The notes below the pieces were generated by a model, which saw only the letters and a program-made list of their open reading frames with translations, had not been told where the DNA came from and did not search any database. DNA of 63,198 nt, filler included, from an uncultured Methanosarcinales archaeon (GTDB lineage Archaea > Nanobdellota > Nanobdellia > Woesearchaeales > JACPBV01), in the NCBI GenBank assembly GCA_964492935.1. It is 3 parts of 3 records of this genome, joined end to end, with 100 filler letters (N's around TTAATTAATTAA, not from the genome) between each part and the next. Parts side by side here need not be neighbours in the genome. Positions count along the whole stretch, not along the records: positions 25,437 to 49,695 come from CAZBLF010000017.1; 2 more parts are not named here. One strand, given 5' to 3'. Each line of letters begins with the position of its first letter. Within the stretch, counting starts at the first letter, position 1. Positions 38,213 to 47,475 of this stretch are shown here, piece after piece. The position numbers and the translations under genes were made by a program.

Positions 38213-38234
38213 TTCCAAACTTCTTCAATCAATA

Positions 38235-38513
38235 CTATATGGCTACTTTTGGAACACATTTTGCGGCTTTAATCTCACAGTTGGCGGCCTTAAAGCAGGC
38301 ACCATCTTGCGTTACATCAGTAATAGCACTACAAACTCCCAAAATATTAGCAATCTTATCAGTTTCTAATTCGTTCTCCTGCTCCACAACCTTAGTACTA
38401 AATGTACCAATCCTACCCGTAAAAATAACCCAAATCACAATCAACACCAACAGAACAATGACTGCTATGATGATAACGTTCAACGGTAACCCCTGTCCCT
38501 TTTTCTTCATCAT
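38235..38513 (-). CDS. Small type IV pilin-like protein
   Basis: KKKG/QGLPLNVIIIAVIVLLVLIVIWVIFTG; 4 Cys; TATA box 38532-38540. Confidence 0.85.
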   Translation of the reverse strand: MMKKKGQGLPLNVIIIAVIVLLVLIVIWVIFTGRIGTFSTKVVEQENELETDKIANILGVCSAITDVTQDGACFKAANCEIKAAKCVPKVAI

Positions 38514-38560
38514 CTTATTTCCATGAATTTGTTATATAAATGTTTTGGATATTTCTGAAA

Positions 38561-38935
38561 TTAAGTATTAGGAATCCACTCACAAGGAGAGCTACAACTT
38601 CCCCTAGTCCGCTCAGAAGAACAGGACGGAAAATTACAGGTAGTATCAAAAGTTCCAGAATTATCTATACATCCAGAAGGACATCTCCTAGAACCCAAGT
38701 TACCAATAGGATCACAACCTCCAACCTTCTGCCTACAAGTACCATCACTACTACCACCGAAAATGTCCTCAATCTCTCCCTTAAGACCTTCTCTCTCACC
38801 TTCCTGCTTTTCCAAATCTTTAGCAAAATTCGTCGAAGAGCCCTTAAAAATCACAAACACCACAACAAGAACAACTAATACAATAATGCCGATGATAATA
38901 ACCTGCCACGGCAATCCCTGACCTTTTTTATCCAT
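38561..38935 (-). CDS. Small type IV pilin-like protein, Cys-rich
   Basis: MDKKG/QGLPWQVIIIGIIVLVVLVVVFVIF; 8 Cys; TATA box 38958-38967. Confidence 0.85.
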   Translation of the reverse strand: MDKKGQGLPWQVIIIGIIVLVVLVVVFVIFKGSSTNFAKDLEKQEGEREGLKGEIEDIFGGSSDGTCRQKVGGCDPIGNLGSRRCPSGCIDNSGTFDTTCNFPSCSSERTRGSCSSPCEWIPNT

Positions 38936-38974
38936 ACAATCACACCGATATTTCTAGTATTTAAATATTTCCGT

Positions 38975-39457
38975 TCAATCACAAATATCCATCTTCAAAA
39001 TCAGAGTATTCAACCCCGTCGTATCCAAAGGAATCGGATACGGTTTACTCTTAAACCCAGCCGGACAACCTGGGCCAGCTTTCAACACCGAAAATCCGGC
39101 CTGCGTTGCAGCTGTAAATCTAAACTTAACCCTCCACTGATCAAACGTCGCATTAAAAATCAACGGAACCTCCCGCTCCAAAAAGTCACAGGTCGTTTCG
39201 CCAGAGCAAATCAAAGCATTCCCCTGATTCTTAGCACAGTGCTGGAACACCTCCTCAAACGTCATCTTGTTACAATTCACCACCGTAGTCCGCAAGATCG
39301 AACTCAACATATTAGAAGCCATCTCCGTCTGCGTAAACGACTGCTTATAGGATGCCGGCTCCTTCAACACCACAAAACGGATTGCAAACAGCATCGCCAC
39401 CGAGATCAATATCACAATAACCGCAAGCCCCATAATCTCCATCTGACCGCGCCTCAT
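38975..39457 (-). CDS. Minor pilin-like (class III signal) protein
   Basis: MRRG/QMEIMGLAVIVILISVAMLF. Confidence 0.8.
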   Translation of the reverse strand: MRRGQMEIMGLAVIVILISVAMLFAIRFVVLKEPASYKQSFTQTEMASNMLSSILRTTVVNCNKMTFEEVFQHCAKNQGNALICSGETTCDFLEREVPLIFNATFDQWRVKFRFTAATQAGFSVLKAGPGCPAGFKSKPYPIPLDTTGLNTLILKMDICD

Positions 39458-39954
39458 GAGTACACCTCAACCACCAACACGCCCATATTAAAATTCCCGG
39501 TGGTAGCATCGTACAAGGAAGTAGGAATAAACGTAGACAATTTATCGGTGAACGTTGCAGGAACATTTTCATAAATCAACAAATCTCCGCCCGAAGGAAA
39601 CAATTGCTGAACCGTTACCCGACTAAACCCAAATAAATCAAAATAATGCAATTGATTATCAGGAACAATTTCATCGATATGCGACAACTTAAACAAATCA
39701 ATACAATTTTCCTTCCGCACATTATCTCTAGAACATTGCAATTCCGGTAAAAAAGAAACTCTCTGCGCAACCCCAATCGCCTGCAGCTGGATATTCTCCT
39801 GAAACTCCGCCTGAGAGCTGCTCCCCAAGATCTTCATGTAAAACACAAAACCAAACACAATCAGAATAAAGAAGACAAAGAGGATAGCAACACTTTCCCC
39901 CATCTGTATTTGTCCCTTCCTTTTCGCAGATATGCGGAATGCTGGCTTCATCAT
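39454..39954 (-). CDS. Minor pilin-like (class III signal) protein
   Basis: KRKG/QIQMGESVAILFVFFILIVFGF; PELQCS..NCID. Confidence 0.8.
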   Translation of the reverse strand: MMKPAFRISAKRKGQIQMGESVAILFVFFILIVFGFVFYMKILGSSSQAEFQENIQLQAIGVAQRVSFLPELQCSRDNVRKENCIDLFKLSHIDEIVPDNQLHYFDLFGFSRVTVQQLFPSGGDLLIYENVPATFTDKLSTFIPTSLYDATTGNFNMGVLVVEVYS

Positions 39955-41009
39955 CAGTAAATCAACTCGCAACTCAATAACTGTAACTGCCGGTTCTGAT
40001 CATTCTTCAAACTTACCATATTGTCCTGAATATTCGAAAGAGGAGTTATCCCTGTTCGATGCGGATACGAAACACTCAAGTCAGTAGCAATAGACTCAAG
40101 CACACTCAAAAACCGATCGTGATGAAACGTAAAGCATCCTCCAGAACCATAAAACTTCTGCAACTCCAAACTGCGATTAACGTAAATGCTACTCACCAAC
40201 GCCAACCGCGAAAACGCATTACGCATCGCACAATTATAGTTTTCAGCCGTCCCAGAGTAGATCGCACCAAACAACGCATCATCGTTCATGTAAAATGTTT
40301 TTGCAGGAGGATCTTCAAAGGCAGAACCCTCTTTCCTATAAAACTCCACATTCCCAAACCGTGGAATACTATCCTTGCCCTGCAAGTCAGGAAAGGCAAC
40401 CGCACTAATTTTTTCATCATCCACATTCAACAATGAATTTTGAAAAACATCACCATTTACCGCTCCCAAAAAAATAAACCGAATGTGCGGATCATTCCGA
40501 TCTTCTAATCCAGCAAAATCAACCACATCAATAACCTCTTTATTCATCTCCCTTGGAAGAGTATCAAAAATCTTTTTCCCCAAATCCTTACTATTATTCA
40601 CAATAATATACCGAATCACCGGATCCGTCAGATACAGAAAGTTCATCACTCTGTACGGAACACTCCAATCGCGCGCCCACGTGATCATCTTTCGACCCTC
40701 TATCCGAGTAGGAGCAAAAACAACATTATCTCCCGTCTGCTTTCGAACACTCCCAATCGCGTAACTCCCACATTCAAAATCTACCGTGGTCTGCGGCAGA
40801 TCAAATACGTTAACCGTATTAGTAGAAATTTCAGCACCAGTGAAGATAGATGCTAAGCTAGTAGCAACCGAAGCACTTGTACGAAGTGCAGAAACATCCC
40901 TCTGTTTGTTCACCACCGTGATAAAAAAAGTGAGAATAAGCCCGCCAGCTATCAAAACAAAGATCCAATTAAACTGTATCTCTATCTGCCCTCTTTTTTT
41001 TCGTAACAT
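39954..41009 (-). CDS. Minor pilin-like (class III signal) protein
   Basis: RKKRG/QIEIQFNWIFVLIAGGLILTFF; ends NRQLQLLSCELIY. Confidence 0.8.
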   Translation of the reverse strand: MLRKKRGQIEIQFNWIFVLIAGGLILTFFITVVNKQRDVSALRTSASVATSLASIFTGAEISTNTVNVFDLPQTTVDFECGSYAIGSVRKQTGDNVVFAPTRIEGRKMITWARDWSVPYRVMNFLYLTDPVIRYIIVNNSKDLGKKIFDTLPREMNKEVIDVVDFAGLEDRNDPHIRFIFLGAVNGDVFQNSLLNVDDEKISAVAFPDLQGKDSIPRFGNVEFYRKEGSAFEDPPAKTFYMNDDALFGAIYSGTAENYNCAMRNAFSRLALVSSIYVNRSLELQKFYGSGGCFTFHHDRFLSVLESIATDLSVSYPHRTGITPLSNIQDNMVSLKNDQNRQLQLLSCELIY

Positions 41010-41113
41010 ATAGGTAAACCTACACAATGATAACTTCAGCAGTACTGGTTTATTAAACTAACCCTCAAAAAGCGATAGACAAATTTATATACTCCTGCCC
41101 CAAGAAAAAGAAA

Positions 41114-41908
41114 ATGGCGAGATACGGATATTTGTTGGTCATCACGCTTCTTTTTCTTACAAGTACAAGCATAGCAGAACCGCAAATAACGGCTTCAGAA
41201 ACCATCACTGGAAACCTCGTTCAGGTATCCCCTCCCAGAAGCAGAGCAGCATGCTGCCCACAGTGCTATAGTGCCATCATTCCAAATTACATAGAACTTG
41301 GACTGCTAAGTTCGGAGGTATCTCAAAGCGAACGTGATGATTTCTGCAATACGAGATGTGAGGAGTTCTACCAAATAGGAGAACCAGCACCCATATACAT
41401 AAAAGAAAACCCTTATGGCATATTACCTTGTTCAGGAGAAACCTTCCATCCCAACTGCCTCGAAGGAGCTGCATATCGCTGCAAGCGTACCTGTTGCTCA
41501 AAGAGAAAAGTAGTTTATTACGGAAACGGAAATTTCCAAATGTTTCCAGGGGAACGATGCTACACTCCAGAAGCTGGAGATGGATCTTCCACAGATCCGT
41601 TCGGTGTACGAGGAGTCTGCCTAGGAAACAGCCAATGTGCAACCCTCTTTAAATTAACGAATGGAGAAATGATTGCACCGCCACCAACTACTCCTGTGTT
41701 GATAGGCTCCGGCTCCGGCCAAGGGGAAGCCGCACTAGAAGATGCCGTGCAGAGTTTCGGAAACAGATTTTTGCCAGGTGATTGTATTTTGGGCGTAGAC
41801 ATGATAAATCCCACAGGCCAGAATCTAGAGGACAGAGGAGATTATTTTGAACTACAGGGAGACGGAGAGGGATACATAAGCATCTCCATCGGATTCCCCT
41901 TTCCATAG
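41114..41908 (+). CDS. Secreted Cys-rich hypothetical protein
   Basis: Sec signal peptide, then ~14 Cys. Confidence 0.7.
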   Translation: MARYGYLLVITLLFLTSTSIAEPQITASETITGNLVQVSPPRSRAACCPQCYSAIIPNYIELGLLSSEVSQSERDDFCNTRCEEFYQIGEPAPIYIKENPYGILPCSGETFHPNCLEGAAYRCKRTCCSKRKVVYYGNGNFQMFPGERCYTPEAGDGSSTDPFGVRGVCLGNSQCATLFKLTNGEMIAPPPTTPVLIGSGSGQGEAALEDAVQSFGNRFLPGDCILGVDMINPTGQNLEDRGDYFELQGDGEGYISISIGFPFP

Positions 41909-41911
41909 AAA

Positions 41912-42271
41912 ATGAAAAAGAAACTATTGATCATAACAATAATGCTGCTCATTCCCGCAGCATTAGCAGAGGATCGTGGCTACTGGGACAGCTTCACCAC
42001 ACTCGATGAACTTACGGCTGCATCAGTTACCTTCGAAGAATCAGATCATGAAGAGTACATAGAAAAATTAACCGAGCTCATCTTCGAGGAAGTCCTGGAT
42101 GGAGATCCTAACCAGGTATTCGAGTACCAGATCTGGGAAGGCCCTGGCGGAATCACACTAAGGGTACGAAAGGAAGGCGCCACCGCAGAGTCCCTTCTTG
42201 TAAGAAAGATTCAAGATTGGTTATCAAGCTCTGTTACTCTTACAGACCTTTTCGACTTAATCAAAAGTTAA
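41912..42271 (+). CDS. Secreted acidic hypothetical protein
   Basis: MKKKLLIITIMLLIPAALA signal peptide. Confidence 0.65.
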   Translation: MKKKLLIITIMLLIPAALAEDRGYWDSFTTLDELTAASVTFEESDHEEYIEKLTELIFEEVLDGDPNQVFEYQIWEGPGGITLRVRKEGATAESLLVRKIQDWLSSSVTLTDLFDLIKS

Positions 42272-42675
42272 TCTTTACCAACAACCGTGACTACAATCTC
42301 TCTTCCACTTCTAGGCCCATCTAACTCAAAGAACGTAATCGCCTGCCACCGACCTAACACCAATTTCCCAGCAGCTACCGGAATCGTCTGCGAAGCGCCA
42401 ATGATTGCCGCCTTAATATGAGCATCCGCATTCCCATCGACTACATCATGTTTCCAGCCGCCAGCAGGGATAACTTTGTCTAAGCAAGTAATAATATCAT
42501 CACAGATCTTCGGATCATAATTCTCATTAATGATAATCGCAGCCGAAGTATGCTTACAATACACATGACATACCCCTTCAGAAAAACCCGACGAAGCAAC
42601 AACCGCAGCTACCTTCTCAGTAACATCGATCATTTCTTGTTTCTGCGAAGAATCTAAAGCAATAGTCTTTTGCAT
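42268..42675 (-). CDS. yjbQ: YjbQ/UPF0047 family protein
   Basis: HTSAAIIINEN.DP, GNADAHIKA, LGRWQ...ELDGPR. Confidence 0.92.
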   Translation of the reverse strand: MQKTIALDSSQKQEMIDVTEKVAAVVASSGFSEGVCHVYCKHTSAAIIINENYDPKICDDIITCLDKVIPAGGWKHDVVDGNADAHIKAAIIGASQTIPVAAGKLVLGRWQAITFFELDGPRSGREIVVTVVGKD

Positions 42676-42746
42676 ACAACCGCTAACATACAACACTTTT
42701 AAAATATTGCGGCAATTATTATAAAGGAGAAAGATAAAAAGCAAGT

Positions 42747-43298
42747 ATGATACTCATTATAGCGAATTTTTTCACCGATTGGCTAGGGATAACGAAAAGA
42801 AGAAGAAAAGCCACAGAACAAGAACAAGATTCCATCCGAGAGGCACGCAGACATGATCGCAGTCTCATATTTATCGAAGCAGGACTGCTCAAAGACCTAG
42901 AGAGAACAGCCTTAAAAGAGATCGACAAATATGTTGAAGAAATGACAGAATCAGGAATGGCAGCACATATGCAGTTAACACCCCATGATATAGGGCGGTG
43001 CAAGCACGCAGTAGAGGACAAGATACGCGATCTCCGCAGCATGCCTCTGAAAGAAAGACTTGTCTTTTATCAAGGCGCCCAATCACCAGGTTCCTATGGC
43101 ATGCACCGAGTAATCCCCAGCAACATCCCCTTTGGACCGCCACAGAAAAAGACGATCGAAAAGCTTATTGAGACAGTCAACGAAAGAATAATGTGGTCGG
43201 AGAAAGTAACCGATATAGAGGAGGCGCCAGATCGAGAACTGGAAGAGTTTCATGAAAGGAAACTCCCAAAGAGAGAAACAGGGAAGAGAGCCGCATAA
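42747..43298 (+). CDS. Hypothetical protein
   Basis: 183-aa charged ORF; no motif recognised. Confidence 0.55.
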   Translation: MILIIANFFTDWLGITKRRRKATEQEQDSIREARRHDRSLIFIEAGLLKDLERTALKEIDKYVEEMTESGMAAHMQLTPHDIGRCKHAVEDKIRDLRSMPLKERLVFYQGAQSPGSYGMHRVIPSNIPFGPPQKKTIEKLIETVNERIMWSEKVTDIEEAPDRELEEFHERKLPKRETGKRAA

Positions 43299-43409
43299 CT
43301 TCTACCTACCTTAAACCTTACGAAAATTATAAATTTTCTAAGGTCTTGAAAATCTCTGATTTTCAAAACCTTTCAAAACCCTTTTAAACAAGGTAACAAC
43401 AATACTACC

Positions 43410-44024
43410 ATGGCAAAAGAATCATTCGTGCTAGTAAGTTTACAAGAAGACAAAGCAAAAGCCCTAGCCCAAGTCATCAGCAACGACTCCTGTAGAAAAA
43501 TTCTCGATTATCTAGCAGACAAGCAAGACACCACGGCCTCAGACCTAGCAAAGAAACTAACCATCCCCCTCCCCACCGTACATTACAATCTCAAACATCT
43601 CATGCAGGCAAAATTAATAGAATCAGACGAATATCATTACTCAGAAAAAGGCAAGGAAGTCAATCACTACAAATTAGCAAATAAATATGTGATTATTGCA
43701 CCCAAAACCACGCACGGCCTCAAAGAAAAGCTAAGATCAATCCTCCCCGTTGCACTCATTTCGGGACTAGCAGCTTCAACCATCCCCTTTCTACAAAAAG
43801 TAACGCAACCTACTCAAACATCTCTCGCAGCAGCCCCTACAGCATTCGCAAAATCCGCAGACTCATTCCAAGAAGCAGCCGTTGCACCTGCACAACTCAT
43901 CGCAGAATCTGCCCCAACGATAGTAACAGAACCCAACCTAGCGCTCTGGTTCCTCTTCGGATCACTCTTCGCAATAGCCATCATGCTCCTAGTAGAATGG
44001 ATTCGTTCTAAAAACAAAAAGTAA
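43410..44024 (+). CDS. ArsR-like wHTH regulator with C-terminal membrane anchor
   Basis: LAQVISNDSCRKILDYL, TASDLAKKL.IPLPTVHYNL, YSEKGKEV; C-terminal TM plus basic tail. Confidence 0.85.
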   Translation: MAKESFVLVSLQEDKAKALAQVISNDSCRKILDYLADKQDTTASDLAKKLTIPLPTVHYNLKHLMQAKLIESDEYHYSEKGKEVNHYKLANKYVIIAPKTTHGLKEKLRSILPVALISGLAASTIPFLQKVTQPTQTSLAAAPTAFAKSADSFQEAAVAPAQLIAESAPTIVTEPNLALWFLFGSLFAIAIMLLVEWIRSKNKK

Positions 44025-44050
44025 ATAAACGCATCAACCAAGAAACCAGT

Positions 44051-44365
44051 ATGCGAACCATAATCATCCTTCTTTCAGTAATACTTCTCCTTACTGCTTG
44101 CGAGGTACAAGACGAACCCGAACCTCAAAACATTCCAGAAGAACCGAATCCTGACGCAGAATGCCAAACCGATGCAGACTGCATGACCTCCGGCTGCTCC
44201 TCCACCGTCTGCAAGAAAGCAAACGACAATCCATCATACACCACCTGCGAATGGAAGGAGGAATATGCCTGCTATCGACAAATTACTTGTGGCTGCAACC
44301 AAGGGAAATGCAACTGGCAAGAAACCGAAGAGTTCAAGACCTGCATCCAAGAGAACAAAATCTAG
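44051..44365 (+). CDS. Lipoprotein with an eight-cysteine-cluster domain
   Basis: Lipobox LTAC; C-x-T-D-A-D-C-x-x-S-G-C-S-x-x-V-C...TTCEW..EYACY...CGC..GKC.W. Confidence 0.85.
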   Translation: MRTIIILLSVILLLTACEVQDEPEPQNIPEEPNPDAECQTDADCMTSGCSSTVCKKANDNPSYTTCEWKEEYACYRQITCGCNQGKCNWQETEEFKTCIQENKI

Positions 44366-44400
44366 CAACGCTTTTATACTGCATCTTATTCTAAAACATC

Positions 44401-44892
44401 ATGAAGACCGTCATCATCACCGGATCCGTAGGCTCAGGAAAAACCACACTAGCCAACAATCTAAGAAAAATACTCAAGTACAAGCATCTCCACGTCGACA
44501 CATTATTACGAAAAAACAACCTAAAAGATGACTACGACAAAAAGCGAAAGTGTCATGTCATCGACACCAAAGAACTCAACAAAATCCTACTGCAGGAAAT
44601 TAAAGACGCTAAAGACGAAAAAGGAGTAATCATCGACTCCCATCTCGCCCACCATCTACCAAAAAAAGTAGTAGATACCTGCATCGTAACCATCTGCAAA
44701 ATCGAAAAGCTCGCAGCAAGACTTAAAAAAAGAAAGTATCACCAACAGAAGATAAAAGAAAACATCGAGTGTGAAATTTTCCACGTCTGTCTCGAAGAAG
44801 CAAGAAAACGCCACAAAAAAGTCATCGTTGTCGACACCACTAAAGGCGTCAACAAAGCAGAACTTTCAAAACTAGCAAGAAAACTACAATGA
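44401..44892 (+). CDS. AK6/AdkA-type nucleoside monophosphate kinase
   Basis: ITGSVGSGKTT, IIDSHLAH, RLKKRKY..KIKENIECEI. Confidence 0.88.
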   Translation: MKTVIITGSVGSGKTTLANNLRKILKYKHLHVDTLLRKNNLKDDYDKKRKCHVIDTKELNKILLQEIKDAKDEKGVIIDSHLAHHLPKKVVDTCIVTICKIEKLAARLKKRKYHQQKIKENIECEIFHVCLEEARKRHKKVIVVDTTKGVNKAELSKLARKLQ

Positions 44893-46151
44893 ATCCACAA
44901 GCAGAGGAATTAAACAAACAAATCGAGTCCACGAATCCAGCTATTCTTGAACTATTATCTGAGCGCGGCAAAAACATCTTCTACCCCAAAGCAGGAATCC
45001 TCGCCCAAACCACAGACGCAAAAACAAAATCAATCAACGCCACCATCGGCATCGCAATTGACGATGATAACGTCCCGATGCACCTCCCCTCTACAAAACA
45101 ACACATCACTCTCGAACCTAAAGAAATCTATCCCTATGCCCCTAGTCAAGGCCCCCCAGCATTAAGGAAAACATGGAAAGACCTCACCAAAAAAAAGAAT
45201 CCATCATTAACGGCAGCGACATCACTACCACTAGTAACTAATGGATTAACCAATGCACTTTCCATTACCGGCTATCTCTTTGCCGACAACAAAACCATCC
45301 TCACCCCCGACCTCTTCTGGGGAAACTACAAATTAACATTCGCGCAAGCCTATAATGCAACCCTAGAACCATTCAATACCTTCCAAAACAATAAATTCGA
45401 CACCGAAGCCCTCAAACAAGCTCTCGAAAAGCAAGATTCCCCTATTCTTCTTCTCAATTTCCCAAACAACCCCACTGGCTACATGCCATCGAAAGAAGAG
45501 TGCCAAGACATAGCAGACACCATCAAAGCAGCAGCCGAAACGAAGAAGATACTAGTAATACTAGACGACGCCTACATCGACCTCATCTACGAACAACCCC
45601 AAGAATCTCTTTTCTCCTATCTCGCAGACCTCCACGAAAACCTCTTAACCATAAAAATCGATGGAGCCACAAAAGGAGACTATGCCTGGGGCTTTCGCGT
45701 AGGATTTCTAACCTTCAACAGCAAAGGTGCAACAACAGAAACGTACGAAGCACTAGAACACAAAGCAGCCGGCGCCATTCGAGGAAATATTTCCAACGCC
45801 TCAAATCTGAGCCAAAACATACTACTAAAAGCCTATCAAAGCGACACCTACGATCAAGAAACAAAGCAAAATTTCGACATCCTAAAAGAACGCTACGAAC
45901 AAGTCAAACACGTTCTCAAAGAACACAAAGAATTCGAGCAACAATTTACCACACTACCCTTTAACGCCGGCTACTTCATGTGTATTACATTAAAAAACCA
46001 CGATGCAGAAACAATAAGGCAAAAATTACTCAAGGAATACGATATGGGTATCATCGCACTAGGCGACAAAATAAGAATTGCATTCTCGGCCATACCCAAA
46101 AATAAAATAGAGCAAGCATTTATAAACATCTATGAGGCATGCAGCCAATGA
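44889..46151 (+). CDS. PLP-dependent aminotransferase class I/II
   Basis: NATIG, NFPNNPTGY, DDAY, DGATK (PLP Lys)...WGFRVGF, NAGYF. Confidence 0.92.
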   Translation: MNPQAEELNKQIESTNPAILELLSERGKNIFYPKAGILAQTTDAKTKSINATIGIAIDDDNVPMHLPSTKQHITLEPKEIYPYAPSQGPPALRKTWKDLTKKKNPSLTAATSLPLVTNGLTNALSITGYLFADNKTILTPDLFWGNYKLTFAQAYNATLEPFNTFQNNKFDTEALKQALEKQDSPILLLNFPNNPTGYMPSKEECQDIADTIKAAAETKKILVILDDAYIDLIYEQPQESLFSYLADLHENLLTIKIDGATKGDYAWGFRVGFLTFNSKGATTETYEALEHKAAGAIRGNISNASNLSQNILLKAYQSDTYDQETKQNFDILKERYEQVKHVLKEHKEFEQQFTTLPFNAGYFMCITLKNHDAETIRQKLLKEYDMGIIALGDKIRIAFSAIPKNKIEQAFINIYEACSQ

Positions 46152-46723
46152 GAAAATTCTTTGGAATCATCATGGCAATCCTTGCAGTACTAGCAATCAT
46201 CGCAGTATTTGGTGCAACCTATTTCTTAGTCATCGAACCGAACAACATCAATAAACCAGACATCCCAAAGCCACTTCTTCCAGAGAACGCAGCCGAGCTT
46301 GCAGAACAAGGACAATCCGTCATTACACCAACCCATCTCACCTATCTCCTCAACGAAATGGACGGCTACAAATTAAAAGCAGCCCCCATCAGCAAGAATC
46401 CTGCAGTCATGGAGTTCTATCTCACCGATACCCAAACCTATTTCACCACCGTCGTAACCGACAACATACCTGAAACCATGGCCGGCAAAGCAGTAAGTCC
46501 AGACGTCCGTCTCTCAGGTACACAACAAACCATCTCAAAGTTCTTAGAAAATAACCCAAACGCAAAAGTTGAAAAAATTAACCTCCCTGACTTAAAAACA
46601 TCAGAAGCAATAAAAGAATTCAATAAGGTAACCTACAACCAACAAACAAAAAACTGTTTAAGAATCTGGCCGCAAGATAACGATACCGAAGGTTTTTTTG
46701 TGACCAAAATTAGAAAATTATAG
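46148..46723 (+). CDS. Apparent chimera: membrane-anchored hypothetical N-terminus joined to the C-terminal tail of an RsmB/NOP2 m5C RNA methyltransferase
   Basis: The last ~62 aa (FLENNPNAKVEKINLP...CLRIWPQDNDTEGFFVTKIRK) match the NOL1/NOP2/Sun C-terminus; no SAM-binding or Cys motifs are present. Confidence 0.6.
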   Translation: MRKFFGIIMAILAVLAIIAVFGATYFLVIEPNNINKPDIPKPLLPENAAELAEQGQSVITPTHLTYLLNEMDGYKLKAAPISKNPAVMEFYLTDTQTYFTTVVTDNIPETMAGKAVSPDVRLSGTQQTISKFLENNPNAKVEKINLPDLKTSEAIKEFNKVTYNQQTKNCLRIWPQDNDTEGFFVTKIRKL

Positions 46724-46874
46724 AATGTCACAAAAAATACCCAGAAAACAGATATAGACGGTCTGTTGGTTTTCGCTGGTTTTTTCATAACAGAAATAAA
46801 AAAACCATAAAATCACCATTTTTACTACCAAATAATAGTAAAATATTTAAACTCAATAGTATTCACTATATACT

Positions 46875-47444
46875 ATGTCAAGATTAGAAGACTGGTTATT
46901 TGAACTCCATAACAAATGGGGAAGAAAAATAAGAAATTTTACAGAAGGCTATAGATGGCGTTCTGCCCATAAAAGAGCAAGTCGAGAATTTCAAGAAGAA
47001 ACTGCAGAAATCGAAGCAGATAATAGACCGTATTCTAAAGTATTAGAAGATTACAAAGGTTGCCAAGTAGTCATTGAAGAAAAAGATGGCACATTAGTCG
47101 GTGAAATTAATAAAATTGAAAATACCGGAAATGGAGCTATCGTACATTTCTCATGGTTAGCTCAAGAACTAGCTATCCCTAAAGAAGGCTACCACTGGGA
47201 AAAATATGAGGGAGAACCATTCACGCTTGACATAGGAGCGAGCATACAAGTAACTGACAGGCATGCCACAGGAGAAATTCGAGTAATTAATCCGTACTTG
47301 AACGACCAAAAGTATACCGTCCTTCCAAGAGGAGAGCAAAGAGTAGACCCCACACGAGTAAAAGGATTAGCAACAGCTGCAGAGATTATAGCCGAGTTAG
47401 ATGGAGCTAGAGAAAACACTGCTCCCGATACGTATAGGCAATAA
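46875..47444 (+). CDS. Hypothetical protein
   Basis: 189-aa ORF with a TATA box upstream. Confidence 0.65.
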   Translation: MSRLEDWLFELHNKWGRKIRNFTEGYRWRSAHKRASREFQEETAEIEADNRPYSKVLEDYKGCQVVIEEKDGTLVGEINKIENTGNGAIVHFSWLAQELAIPKEGYHWEKYEGEPFTLDIGASIQVTDRHATGEIRVINPYLNDQKYTVLPRGEQRVDPTRVKGLATAAEIIAELDGARENTAPDTYRQ

Positions 47445-47475
47445 GAGAGTTACTGTTCTACCCTCTTAACTAATG

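Noticed and set aside
37550..38935. Repeated DNA in the tandem pilins as a possible CRISPR array or DGR template/variable repeat
   Set aside because: The repeats are coding paralogy in the N-terminal helix. There is no regular spacing, no cas or reverse transcriptase gene, and no adenine-specific mismatch pattern.
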